The notes beneath the pieces are model-generated. The model made no database searches. It worked only from the letters and a program-made list of their open reading frames with translations, and was not told the origin of the DNA. This document shows, one piece after another, positions 1-12,955 of a stretch of 64,000 nucleotides of DNA. Within the stretch, counting starts at the first letter, position 1; every line of letters begins with the position of its first letter. Position numbers and translations under genes: made by a program. The stretch comes from Vicugna vicugna (Eukaryota): NCBI GenBank assembly GCA_013265495.1, contig MU063898.1, positions 3,485,365-3,549,364 of the forward strand. Direction: 5' to 3'.

Positions 1-1119
1 TATCAGCAGAGCTTTTATATTTGTTTCTGAACTGTGCCTGAAAATATTTAAGCTTTTGTGCCTCCTTTTACCTGGAAATTGCTTCTGTAGCTATCTTTCT
101 GCAGGAAAAAAGAAAAAAAAAAGCTGAAGTGCTGTTTTTGTTTTTGTTTTTGTTTTCATTTCTTTGCAATTCAGATTGTTTTGACTTCAACAGGAAGAAA
201 GGAGAGAAAAAAAAGCTAGATAAGTAGATTTTTGAGTTTGATGCCAAAATAGCAATCAGGGAGGTAAAATAAGAATGAAATCGCTTTAAAGAAAGTTGAC
301 AAGATGGGCCATTTTTCCAAGCTGAAAATGTCTGCTGGTGGCATGTTTTGCAGGAGAAAGGGGGGAGAGCAGGAGGAAGGCATAGGAGGGAGGGGGGCGT
401 TGCACTGCGGCAAAGAGAATGACTGACGCATCCAGGGACATGTGACCATCCTCTGGTGTAGTGAAGAAAATTTTCCAGGAGTCCATCTTGTATAAGAAAT
501 TCTGTACCTATTAACATACAAACAATACTGTCACCTTACATAGTACATATTGAGTTTGCTTGGCTCGATGCTCCATTGATACACATCGGCACATTTACTC
601 TTTGCTCTTTATTGTTTTTATGCCTCGACTTTCTTTTCTGTACTCTCACCACTTTCATAGCACTTACTAAAATATCATGTTAAAATGTCATCTTTCCCAT
701 TTATAAGAAACATATCACATACTTACTGTAGAAATTGGGGAAAATCTAAAGATGAGTAGAAAAATTACCCATAATCCCATAACCCAGGATAATTCTATTA
801 ATATAGTTACTGCCAGTCCCTCTTTTCTGAAGACATGCAAATCTATGCATTAAAATATATATTCATGTACAAAATGAAGATCATATGTACATATAGTTTT
901 CAACTGGCTTTAATCATTCAACAGTATATTGGCAACAATTCCCCATATTTTAAAATATTCCACAAGAATGTGACGTTTTGTGGATGCTTAATTTTCGATC
1001 ATATAGGTGTCCCACTTAGTGTCCAATTATTGAATGTTTCTATGTGCAATTTTTTCTGTTATAATTGAAGGAATATCTTTCCATATAAACCTCTGTGTGC
1101 TTTTCTGTTTTTTTTTTTC

Positions 1120-1600
1120 TCATAGGATAAATTCATAGACGTGGAATTCCTGGATCAAAATGGTATGAACCAGTTTAAGGTTTCTCTCCCTGACTCCTTA
1201 CATAGCATCTAATTTATTTATTATATGTGGTAAAAGCATTATTTTCCAGTTGTTTTTTGCCTATTCATTTATTTTATCATTTATGGTGGGTTTTCTTAAA
1301 CATGTTGCAGCTTTACATTTTTAGATATCCACAACTATCACTTTTTGATTTTGTGATTTCTTTCTTTTGATGAGTATATTCACCTGTATTTTTTTTTTCA
1401 TAGCCATTTCATTGCTTCATTTTTACCAATTAACTCTAAATCATCTGGATTTCGTTTCGGCATATGGCATGAAGTAGGATCTAATTTTGTGTTTTTTCCA
1501 AATAGGTCACCAATTGTTTCAGCATAATTTATTGAATAATCCAACCTTCTTCCACTGATCTGAAATGGCAAGAACGCCCCACCCCCAGATAGGGTGTAGC
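1120..1600 (-). mobile_element. Degenerate L1ME fragment
   Basis: GGATAAATTCATAGACGTGGAATTCCTGGATCAAA and CAGCATAATTTATTGAATAATCC are L1-like antisense motifs. Confidence 0.5.
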
Positions 1601-2395
1601 TTTCCACAGGTCGGCCATTTTCTCTACCCAAGAAGGTTAAATTCCACAATAGGGCTCCTACCTTCTCGCAGCTTCCGGCAGCATCCTAAAGCACCATGTT
1701 CTGGCTGATGCGTTCCCAAATTCTAGGCACATGCAGTTTAGGGAGGTGGTTTGCAAACAGGATTTTAAAATGTTCAATATTTAAAATTTTTACTTTCATC
1801 AGATACTTTTTACAAATTAAAATGGACAGAATCCTAATATATAAAACCACTGTTCCAGGTGTGCTATGCCTCTTGGACACAGCTGACATCTTAATAATGC
1901 CCTCAGGGTTAGTGTTATTCCTAAAATTCCTCCTTCAACCTCTTTTTCTACTCCTCAGGTACTCGGAGAATTAAAGCTGTCTGGACTCAGTTCCTGGAAT
2001 TTTCTAAAATGGTATAAGAGGGAAATATAAGAAATGTCTAAGAAGCAAAAATAAATAATGTCTGCCAGCCTGTTGCTGGCAGTAGTCTGATCTAGGGATT
2101 TAAAGGAGGTAGGATGAGCCCCAATCCATGCCACCACTGCCACCAGCCACCATCTCTCCTAGATAGGGGTGCACCCCAATGATTCACCTCTTTTCACTGC
2201 AGGTGGAAGGTTCAAGCATAGAACACGGAGTCTTTTAGTGGGAGGTGGGTTAAAAGTTGCTCATGAAATATTTGACTATTAAAATCACCTGCCATCCACT
2301 GTTGACCCTTCCCACCCCCACCCTCAACCCAGCCTTCTTTTTCTATTGACTTCTGACTCTGGTCTGTAGCCTTTACTGATTTTGGAAGGAAAAAG

Positions 2396-2560
2396 GGGGG
2401 CGTGGGCGGGAGGACGCCTTGCCTGCTTTTACTGAGAGGGGCTCCTTTGGCTCACTGCCAGAGCCCCAGTCATTTCTTGACTTGCTGCATTTAGACTGTG
2501 ATTTGTTTGTGGCTGGAGGTTGGTTGCCCTGGCAACGGCAGCTCGCCAGGGCATGCGCAT
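2396..2560. promoter_or_regulatory. TF-motif cluster: EGR1/SP GC-box, RFX X-box, NRF1-like site
   Basis: GCGTGGGCG at 2400-2408; palindromic GTTGCCCTGGCAAC at 2523-2536; GGGCATGCGCA at 2549-2559. Confidence 0.55.
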
Positions 2561-2844
2561 TCATTCCTCTGCAGCGGCAGAATGTGGCTGTGGAGGCAAG
2601 GGAGGGGTCTTGGGGGCCCCAGTTGCTGAAGGAATTATTCTGAAGTCACGATGTCAGTTTTCCTGGGCTAATATGCCATCATTATTGTATATAGTGCATT
2701 GCATTTTTTTTTTTAGTGCTTGGAAGGCTTTGAACCATTCCCTTTTTCTTCCTCCCAAACTACCTGCTCTCAATAAGTCCACCAGTGATCAGGTAGTCTT
2801 CCCAATCTTTAAGGCCACTGATGCCCTCAGGGCCCCAAGGGGAT

Positions 2845-3030
2845 TATAATAGTGTAGGCACTGGTAACAGACTGCCTGGTTTCAAACCTCCACCACTTGC
2901 TTGTTGCATGACACAGTACAATTATTTCTCTGTGCCTCGATTTCCTCAGATATAAAATGGGGATAATAATAGCACCTTTAGAACAGTGTCTGGCAATGAT
3001 AACCACTGTAGAAGTATTGGCTATTATTAT
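2845..3030 (+). mobile_element. MIR SINE
   Basis: CTCTGTGCCTCGATTTCCTCAGATATAAAATGGGGATAATAATAGCACC...AGAACAGTGTCTGGC. Confidence 0.8.
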
Positions 3031-5016
3031 TTGTAGATATTGCCCTGAAACAGACTTGTGCTGCAATGTACAAACTCACCGTCTAGTGCCCTCTGGCCAA
3101 AGACACAAACACACATTTACCCACACAGCATGCAGACACTTCCCACTGCACACGGGTAAATACCATGGCCAAACACCTTGGCCAACAGCACACACATATT
3201 TCCTGTATCAGTCGGACTCATCCGGAGGCACACGTATCCCCACCCCCAAGGCAAAACGTCTCACCCCAGGCATCCAGACCTCCTCACGTGACACAGACTC
3301 GCCCTGCCATAGAGACCCGTGACCCACAGACCATCCCAGTGTCTCCACATCACACTGACCCTTCCCGTGGCATGCAGAGTCTCTCTCCAGCACACAGACT
3401 TGCCCCACAGAACACTGACTCATCCCAGAGCACATGGACTCTCCGCAGAACACAGACCTCTCCCCAGAAGCAGGTCACGACGCAGCTGGAAGAGCCACAC
3501 GGAGAGAGACACACCCATGTGTCCATGGCACACAGACCAGCAGCACAGGACACAGCGCATCCCCAAAGGACACGGAGCTTGCCCCTCAGGACACAGACAC
3601 TACCTAGATCACGCAGACTCACCCCATGAAACGCAGGCTAACCCCATAGCACAGAGAGTCTCCCCACGACACCCAGATTCTCCCCAAGGCCAAAAGATTC
3701 GCCCCATAGAACACAGTCTGTCCCCCGAACCAAGATGCTCCACATCACACAGACTCCCTCGCCAGCAGATAGACTCACCCCACAAACACAAACTGTCTCC
3801 ACAGGACACACACCCACCCCACCTCAGGCAGACTGGCCCCAGGCTGCTCAGCCTCGCGCCAAGACACAGACTTGTCCCACAGCACAAGGACATGCCCCAG
3901 CAACACGGGCTCTCCCTGCGTATCAAAGACACCTCATGGCCCACAGGTTAAACCCACAGCACGGAGAGCCTCCCCACGGCACCCGGACAAGCTCACCCCA
4001 CGGCAGAGAGATGCAACAGCACATCTGAACATGTACCCCCCCAGGACTGCGCCACAACGCACCACCTTTTCTGACAATGCACCAATTCGCGTCACAACAA
4101 ACAGCACGGTGTGCAAGTACTTGCCCCTGGTGTGCTCACCGGCCCTGCACCCAGACCTCCGCCAAACAGCCAGCTCCTCCACGAGGCACACTGGCCCTGT
4201 ATCAAAGCGCACCTCAAATTCCTCAGACACACTCTGCACTCCGTAGACAACCGCACAATGCACAGCACCGCACCACAGTGTGCGGATGGGGCCTAGACTC
4301 TTCCCACAGCAGACAGTCACGCTGCGGCAGCACCTCATCTTTCCCCAAAGTGTCCCAATTCGCCCCTCAGGGCGCGGCCACCTCACAACAAGGTGCAGCA
4401 CACAACCTACACACCCAGCCCACAGCACAGCACTGCACCCAGCGGCGCACGGGATGGGGCCGCCACGCGCCCTTGCCGGACAGAGTCACTTCATAAAAAC
4501 CACACTCCTCATGGTGATGACACCCTGCGCACACACACCCCCAAACATGTGCAGCCACTTCTTCTGTGACGCTCAACACGACTTTCAGTGCTCATGCTGC
4601 TGCCCATAATCAAGGTATACCCGACCTGCACAGAGTCCCACCCAAGTGCCCAGACTTGCCCATCACTAGACACACTTGCTCCATGACACACACAAACGCC
4701 ACTGAATCCTGAGATGCACCCCAAATGTACAGTCAAGCCCTTCGGGGTGTAGACTTGCCCCACAACCTAGTCACACCCACAGAACTTGGAAATCACAGGT
4801 CTGCCCGTGAACACATCGATTTCTCCCGCATTGCACACAACTGTATCACAGCACAGACTTCCTCTGAGATGGAGAGCCTACTAGCACCTAAACCTGCCCA
4901 GGGTGTAGACACACCACACACTCTTACCCCTGCAGCGCCAAGATTTGTATCATAGCTTCCAGACGTGCTTTCTCATCCTACTGAGCTACAACCCTGGCCT
5001 ACAGCAGACACAGCTT

Positions 5017-5250
5017 GTGTCATGGTTAAGAGCAAGGCCTCTGGACCCAGACTCCCTGGGTTTGAATCCAGGTTCCACCCCTTTCTAATTGTATCACCTC
5101 GGGTAAGTATATTTCTCTCTTCTTTAGTTTGCTCATCTGTAAAACAAAGATAATAGTTGTACCTACTTGAAAGGGTTGTTGTGAGTGTTGACTGACTTAG
5201 GATAGGTGATGCGCTTAGAACAGTGCCTGGCGCTCAGGAAGTGTTACAAT
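5017..5250 (+). mobile_element. MIR SINE inserted in the CA-rich domain
   Basis: GGTTAAGAGC..GGGTTTGAATCC..CTCATCTGTAAAAC..GCGCTTAGAACAGTGCCTGGC. Confidence 0.85.
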
Positions 5251-6142
5251 TGTTCATTTACTTTGTGTTCTGATCCCCCCACTGCCACCATTATTGCTCA
5301 TGTGAAGAGGGCCCACCCCAGATACCTAGGATCATCTGACAATACCAAGATTCACCGTGTGATACAGAGACTCGCCCCAGAACATCCAGAAACACTCTAT
5401 AGCACACAGACACCCTACCAGGACATCCACACTCCCTTAGAGTGCAGACAGGCCCCTAAATCAGATGCCACTCCCCCCACACAGGGCTGCATCACAGTTT
5501 AGAAGTGTGCACTCGCTGGCTGCATAATACACACGCGCATCCCACAATATCCAGACTGGTACATAACACCCAGTCCCCACCCCTACAAGGCGCAGACCCA
5601 CAACACAACACATGCACACACACATGCACCCTACAACTCAGCGATATGCCCTATGTCATATAAACATACCCCACTGCACACAGATTTTTGTCCCATAAGG
5701 TGTGGGATCTCACAAACATGCCCCTGAATTCACGCTCATAAATGTACAAGCTTTGTACCGTGATACTGACTCATCCTGCCACACACAGACACACACAGCC
5801 ATTTGGGGTGCTGCACGATGCAGACTTCCCCTGGACACAGACTCATCCCAAGGCACCTAGACACGCTCTCCCGGGTGCAGACTTGCTCCAGAACAGCTCT
5901 GTGCACAGACAGACCCTGTACGAAGCATGGAACTGCACCATCGCGCACAGACCAAACCCCGACATAAGGCCTCCCCCCAGAATCGAAGGCTGGCCTCACA
6001 ACCACTGAGAACACTCTGTAATACATATCGCAACTCCCAAGACACCTCGAGTGCTTCCCACGCACACAGAAACTTCCCATAACGCAAGGACACTTCCCAT
6101 GAGCAGAGCCAGGCCCCCAAACGCACAGACACATTCCACACT

Positions 6143-6168
6143 GACACACACACACACACACACACACG
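6143..6168. repeat. (CA)n microsatellite
   Basis: Perfect ACACAC run visible. Confidence 0.95.
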
Positions 6169-6789
6169 CACTCTACACAGAGGCACCCTAAAATGCACAG
6201 ACTGCACCCCACAAGGATGTAGCAATTAGCCTCAGAATCCCTGGAGACCCCCCACAACATATGTGCCTTTCCCATGGCACACGGGGTACCCTCACCACTC
6301 ACAGAATTTCGTCACCATTTACCAACTTCCCCTGTAAAGCACGGTCTTGCGGGACAACACCCAGACTCGCTCCACAAGGCGCAGGCGCGCCGCGATCCAG
6401 GGCCTGGACTCACAACAAATAAACACAGCTTTCAAAATAGACAGTCCCGGAAACACGCAGAGTTCTCCGACAGCTCACAAAGCCACGTCACCACAATCCT
6501 TCCTCTAGAGCAGGGGCTCAGCACACCGCTCACACGGGGGGCCCAGCACGGAAAGCCTCGCCCCGCAGCGCAGACATCCGCACCTCAACCTCCAAACCTG
6601 GTATCAGACGACGTCCTCTCAACGAGACCCAGTACTGGGACCAGTGTCATAATCCGTAGGTGCTCTGGGCCCCAAGATATAGCACAACGCCTATGTGTGC
6701 CCCACAAGGCCCAGAGCTCTGCCACGAAGCACAGCTCACCCCCAAACTCAGGGGCCGTGGAGATCGTGCTTGAAAGTTTACCCCTGGGG

Positions 6790-6975
6790 TTCAGACAGCC
6801 TGGGTCCTAACTGCACGGGTATCATTTACTAGCTGTGTGACTTTGGAAAGGTTCCTTAACCTCTCTGTGCCTCGTTTTTCTCAGGTATAAATTGGGAATA
6901 ATGATGGTACCTATTTGTTAGGGCTGCCAAGAGGGAGAAGTGAGTGAATGCGTGTCACGTGTTCAGAGCTGGCCT
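6790..6975 (+). mobile_element. MIR SINE inserted in the CA-rich domain
   Basis: CTAGCTGTGTGACTTTGG..CTTAACCTCTCTGTGCCTCG..AAATTGGGAATAATGATGGTACCTA. Confidence 0.85.
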
Positions 6976-9900
6976 TGTCGTTGTTACTGTTGTTGCTTCT
7001 GCACATGGACCTGGACCATAATGGTCCAACTCTTCTTAAAATAATCAGAAATAACCCACGACTCGTAAAGTACACCCCCTTGAGGCGCAGAGTCACATCA
7101 CAGCCCACTCCCACCGCCCGTTCCTTCCCATTCCTACACTGATTGCCCTCAGCCCCCCCGCACCCTGAAGCATCAGCCACACAGTCTCTGCACAACACGG
7201 AGACTCGTCACTTGTCACCTAAGTCCACACTGCAGTGCACAGACATACCCATGATACAGAAACCCATCCATGCAGACACTCATCCCATTCAGCAAACTGC
7301 ACATTATACACGTGCTACAATATACATCCTCACTACGGGGCACACTGGCCCCACAGCACAGAGAACGCACTCTAAAATCCCTAAAAACAATCCACGACAT
7401 ATAGACTTCTGCAACCCACAGACCTGAGACATCATGCCTCCCCATGCCTTGCAATATGCGGCCCCAATCCCAAGTGCAGACCCCTCCCACGGAGTAGAGC
7501 ATGGTGTCGTCACACGCCACAGTTCCCTGCTGGGCCCTGTCCAGCCTCGCGGGACCTGGGTATACTCCACACTGCACAGGCATCCCCCAAGCCCGAAGCC
7601 CCCCGGGGAACAGAACTGCATCAGAATGCAAAGACCCCGAACACCTTCAGTTGGACCCACGTAGTTCCCCAATAGGTGTGTGGGACTCAGAGCTCTCACG
7701 TACAGCCTGTAACCGCACACTTAGCCCACAGTCTGCAGACGTGCCCACACTCACATCAGAGCATCCAGAGGCAACTCACTGCTCACAGACCGCCTCACCA
7801 CCCACAAACATGCCTCACAACATACAGACAGGCCTCTCAAAGTATGGACAACCCCAACCCGCAGGGTCGCCCCATAATGCACAGAACGGTAACACAATGC
7901 CCAGGTGTACTCCGCAAAGCCCAGCCTGCCACGTCACACGCACAGTCGTCACACAGCACGGTCGTGCCAAGGAAGCACAGGTAACCCCTCAATGCATACA
8001 CCTGCCTCATACCACAAGGCACTCCCTGCAACCCACGGGCCCTCCTACTATGCACGGCTTGGAGTCACAAGGCACACACTCTGTCTACAAAGCTGATCTG
8101 CTCCACAATAGGTGCAGGCAGTCCACAGTGAAAACTAGAGCCACAACACCCAGGCTCCCTGCCAAGCGCTATCCCCTCGTTTGCCCAGCACATGAGAGGC
8201 CCTGTGATGTACTAATACAGTCCCCCCACCTCAAAGGCTTGCCCAGCTGCACCGTGCACTATGTAGAAGTGCAGACCGTTCGGACAGATGGCAGGACACC
8301 TCGTCTGCAGCTCAAACGTGCCTCACAACATACTTAAGCCTCTGCCATGCATAGACTTACCCCATGAATCACGTGCGCATCCCACTCCATCTGATCTGAT
8401 TCCACAACCCCTAGACTTGTCCCCAAACACAAAGGCATCTCCTAGAGAACACAGACATGGGCCATAACATCCAGCATCACCCCAGGATGCCCAGATTCAC
8501 CCTACAATGTCATATTACCCCAGAAATGCCATATCATGAATGGACAGTCAGAAACGCACAGCACAGAGACTTGCCTTACAAGTGCATAGCTGCACAACAG
8601 AGCACAGACGTGACCAGAGACGTGCTTCCCAATGCAGCCTGACCTCGCTGTGCAAGCACCCAGTTGGCGGGGAGACAGGAGCAGCAGTGCAGCTAGACCT
8701 GCCCTGCCGCACAGAGGCACATCCTGCGGTGCCCACCCGCAACCCATTGCACACACTCCCCAGCTATGTGCGAGCTCGCCGCACAGCATACGTGACTGCG
8801 AAACACCCAGCGCGCAGACCCCAAGGCAAAACCCAGACCCCCCCCCCATCGTGACACAGTCATCCAGGCATTCTTCACGATTCCTAGACACAACGCCAGG
8901 ACTCTGCCCGGCGCTCACAGACCCACAGCAAACAGCACAAAACCACCCCTGAGGGGGCGGACTCCCCAGGCACCGTCTAGGGGCAGCTCAAGACGCGCAG
9001 GTGTGCCACACAATACCCAGAGTTCACACAAGACAGACAGACGCACAGACTTTTACACACACATGTCCCTCAGCCCTGTGATGGGTCCCCAAACACTTGG
9101 GGTCAATGACAATGCTCCACCCCCTCCTGACAAGGCACAGAATAGCACACAAGGCACCATCCATCGCATGATACATAGAACCAGCCCGCAACGAGCACAC
9201 TCACCCACGGTGCAAAGATTTGCCCAAGCCGTGTAACACGTGCACTACGTACAAGTGGAAACACCCTACCATGCAGAGACACGCCCCAGATCCGATTCCG
9301 CTCAGACACGCAGAATTACATCACAGCACATCCGCTCACTCTCCCAGATACAGGCTAGCTCGACACACTTTTGCCCCACATCGCACCAACTCCAAAAATT
9401 CTAGGCTTGCACCAAAACAGACAAAGTCACAGCACAACACACAGACTCTAAAAATAGCTGCTAAATCGCATTAAAACAGAAAAACACGCCCGGAGAGAAA
9501 CAGCCTCCCCAAGCCAGCGGCGGCCCGGCAGTGGCTGGAAAGGAACAGCAGTGCTCCACATCGGCTCACGGGGCTCCGAGTTGCCTCACAGGGCACAGAA
9601 TTGCTTCCCAGTGCACAACCACAACCAACAACTCGCAGGTCTATCCCAGAAAACACACTTACCACACAATTCCCAAACTTGCATCGAACACTCACACTCC
9701 ACCCCACGTCCACAAACCCACCCTGCAGCCGACACCACTTAACACATGGATTTACTCTCACTTGAAATCCATTCACCACTCACGTTTGACCCACAGCGCC
9801 CAGACACACGTTAGGGTGTACAGACAACAATCGCAATGTAGACACTCCCAAAACAACGTGCAGAGTCCAGTAACGCCACAGAGCTCCCCCTACAGCGTCC

Positions 9901-12049
9901 ATAAAACACACGCTCATTCCAGAATAGGCAGCTTCTCCCACGGCTCCTGGATACAACCCACAACACACAGATATGCCCGCAAAGACACAGACGCCTCAGA
10001 AACGCACAGTGGTGCAACCCACAGACATTTCTCAACACACACACTTCACAATGACTGGACCTCACAACATCCAGTCCCCTCCTCGAGTGCATAAACTCAC
10101 GCCCTCCCCTGTCAGCAGAGTCTCACCCTCTGGAACACATCACAGAAAACAGACTTGCCCCACCAGGCGGAGAATTTTACACAACTTCCAAATTCATCCT
10201 ATAATGCGTGGACTTCTCTCCCTACATGTGCTGTCATCCCACAGTACAGAGACTCAACCACAAAGCAAGTAATGAACCCATAGCGACCACAACCACCAGA
10301 TGTGCCCCCGAACATGCAGAAACGTGCACAACACCGAGAAACACTTCAGAGCTTTGCATGTGAGCCTCAAGATGCTTGGACTCTCCCATAGCTCCCACAC
10401 TCACCCCTTAATATCGAGACCAAATTATGATGTCACAGACGCTCTGTGACATAAGACTCCCACCACTGCTGGTAGAACCATATTACAATGCACAAATTTA
10501 CCTCACAATCTAAATATTCCCCCTAAAATGCAAGACTTGCTCTATAAAGCATCCAACATTACTGTAACACCTAGAGTTGCCTCAGAACTTGGTCTTGCAC
10601 AACACTCCCCCAATGCCTCACCAGTCCTCCAATGAACTTACCATGGACAGACTTGCCTCCGAAACGTCCAGACTTACCCCATAACACCAAGACACGCCTG
10701 TAACACACAGGTAAGTTCCGCAAAGCAAAAGTCTCCCTGTGTCACACAGCCTCACCCTACAACACAAGCTCACACCACTATGGCAGGAATAGACTTAACA
10801 TATTCAGCCACACCTCCAAATTCACAGTCTTGCCACACAAACCAGGACATCTTACAATGCATGAACTAGCCCCAAGATATCTAGATCCAGCTAAGTTCCC
10901 ATGGGCACGTGCACCCCGGGACACAAAGATTTCTCCCACAAACACAAAACTGCATTCTGACACAGATTCACAGACAATCACTCCACAAGGCAAATACCCC
11001 ACAAAGAAAACACGTGTCCCCAACCCCCAGAATTGCCCCAGGGCACGCAGACCTGCCCGCAGGATGGAGACATACTCTGCATGGCACAGTCACGCTCCTC
11101 ACCAGACGTGCTTCACACCGCAGCCTGGCCTCAGAAGGCACCCCTGACCCGCAACCTAGACCCGGTCTATAGTGTGCTTACTCGCCCGCCTCTTCAATAC
11201 CTTGGCAAAGCCTCCAGCGAAAAGATGCATGCTACAATGTACAGAACACCCTGAAAGCGTGCAGACACTCCCTGCCGACCCAGAGCGGCCACAGCAGGCT
11301 CAGACTTTCTCGCCAAAGCAAGGAAACAGCTAGAACAAAATCACAACTTACAAACTCACCCCATGTCAGGTTCTCCCCACAACCACCAGACTCAGCTACA
11401 TGCACCAAATGTCGTCACAATTTCACATCACCCCATACCATCAACACGTGACCCCCATTACTACAGACAAGCCTCACAGTCTCCAGGCTTGACTCACACC
11501 AATGAAGGACACACCCCGCGATGCACAGACGTGCCCTGCCGCACAAACGCATCACCGCGGAACCAGTCCCCACCCAGCATAAAGATCCTAAACTCAATGT
11601 GTGTTCAGTCATACACTGGTGCCCCCCACAACACAGAATTACATCATAAAGCAGATATGCCTACAGCATGCAAAGTAATCCCACAGCCCAAACGTGAGCT
11701 CCCCCACACCCAGACTCACCCCCGCTAACCCACACTCTCTTTAAAATATCAGAATACGCCCAACACCACATCCAGAATCAGCCTCCATCATAGACTTACC
11801 CCACAACGCGCCTCGTGGACCACAACTTCCAGAAATGCCATACTAGGTAAAGACACCATCTCCCCCCGAGGGGACTCTCCTCTGTAAAAAATCCACAGAG
11901 ATTCCCCATGAGGCACAGACACACCCTACAGTGCAGAGACTGGCCTTCGGCACCACGGTTTGCTACCGACTCTTGAGGACCCGCCCACACCACACTGTGT
12001 GAGGTGACACGTGGTCCCACCCTGTTACTCCCACTTCTGTCCCTCGGCG

Positions 12050-12360
12050 TGCAGACGGCCACGCACAGACCATGACACCAGACACGCCCTGCCGTGTGAG
12101 GATGTGCTCCACAGCCCGTAGGTTCACCAGACTCTGTATCCAAAGTCCGAGCCCCAAAGGGCACCGCGCTCTCAGGCAGGCCCGCAAAGCACGGCCCCCC
12201 CGCACCAGCTGCTCGGCCTCCCGCCCCGGGGCTCGGCCTGCCCTGGCGGAGCGAGCCGTCTCGCGGGCCGGCGCCGCGGGAAGCCCACTCACGCCAGCTC
12301 GCCGGCGCGTGTCGCTCCACGCGCATCTGGCCCCAGACACCTAGACCCGCCTTCCGAGGA
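12050..12360. promoter_or_regulatory. Small CpG island within the CA-rich domain
   Basis: Very GC/CpG-rich core (CCGCCCCGGGGCTCGG...GCGGGCCGGCGCCGCGGG). Minus-strand donor GGC|GTGAGT at 12292. Confidence 0.65.
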
Positions 12361-12915
12361 AAGCAGCTGTGGAAACGAGCAGAAAAGTCTTTCTAGGAGA
12401 AAGTGCTCCCATCTGCACACACACACATTCATCACAGACAAGTAGATACACACCAGAACACACACACACGTGCACACACACACCATAGTGCCACAGATGT
12501 TCACACGGACACAGACCTACAGGTGTATCGTAATCCCAAAGACCAGACATTCTTTCAGCCACAGCCAAGGACATGTGTGCACAAATATGAACATATAACC
12601 CAGGGTCCATACACCCCCCCCCAACAGGCACACAATAATGCCCACGGTTCTGTACGTAGGCACAGACGCAAACACACACCATGCTCACACGAGCCCAGAA
12701 GCACGCAGAGACATAAGCAGGCTGACCCCGGCCTCCAGGGGGTGTGTTGACTGGATTCATAACCTCAAAGATGCAAGAACACAGATGCACACACCCACAC
12801 ACATACAAAAACACACAGATGCTTCCAGAGGCTCATGAGGTAGAGACCCAATCTCAGATACTCCCCCAGACATTTATGCAGAAATGTGGGCAAGCACGCA
12901 CGAGCGCACATGGGC

Positions 12916-12955
12916 ACATAGGTGTTGGCGTGTGGACATAGGTGTTGGCGTGTGG
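12916..12955. repeat. Perfect 20-bp tandem duplication ACATAGGTGTTGGCGTGTGG x2
   Basis: Directly visible. Confidence 0.95.

Noticed and set aside
11944-11965. REST/RE1-like TTCGGCACCACGGTTTGC (also TTCAGCACC at about 53437)
   Set aside because: Only the left half-site matches; the GGACAG right half is absent.
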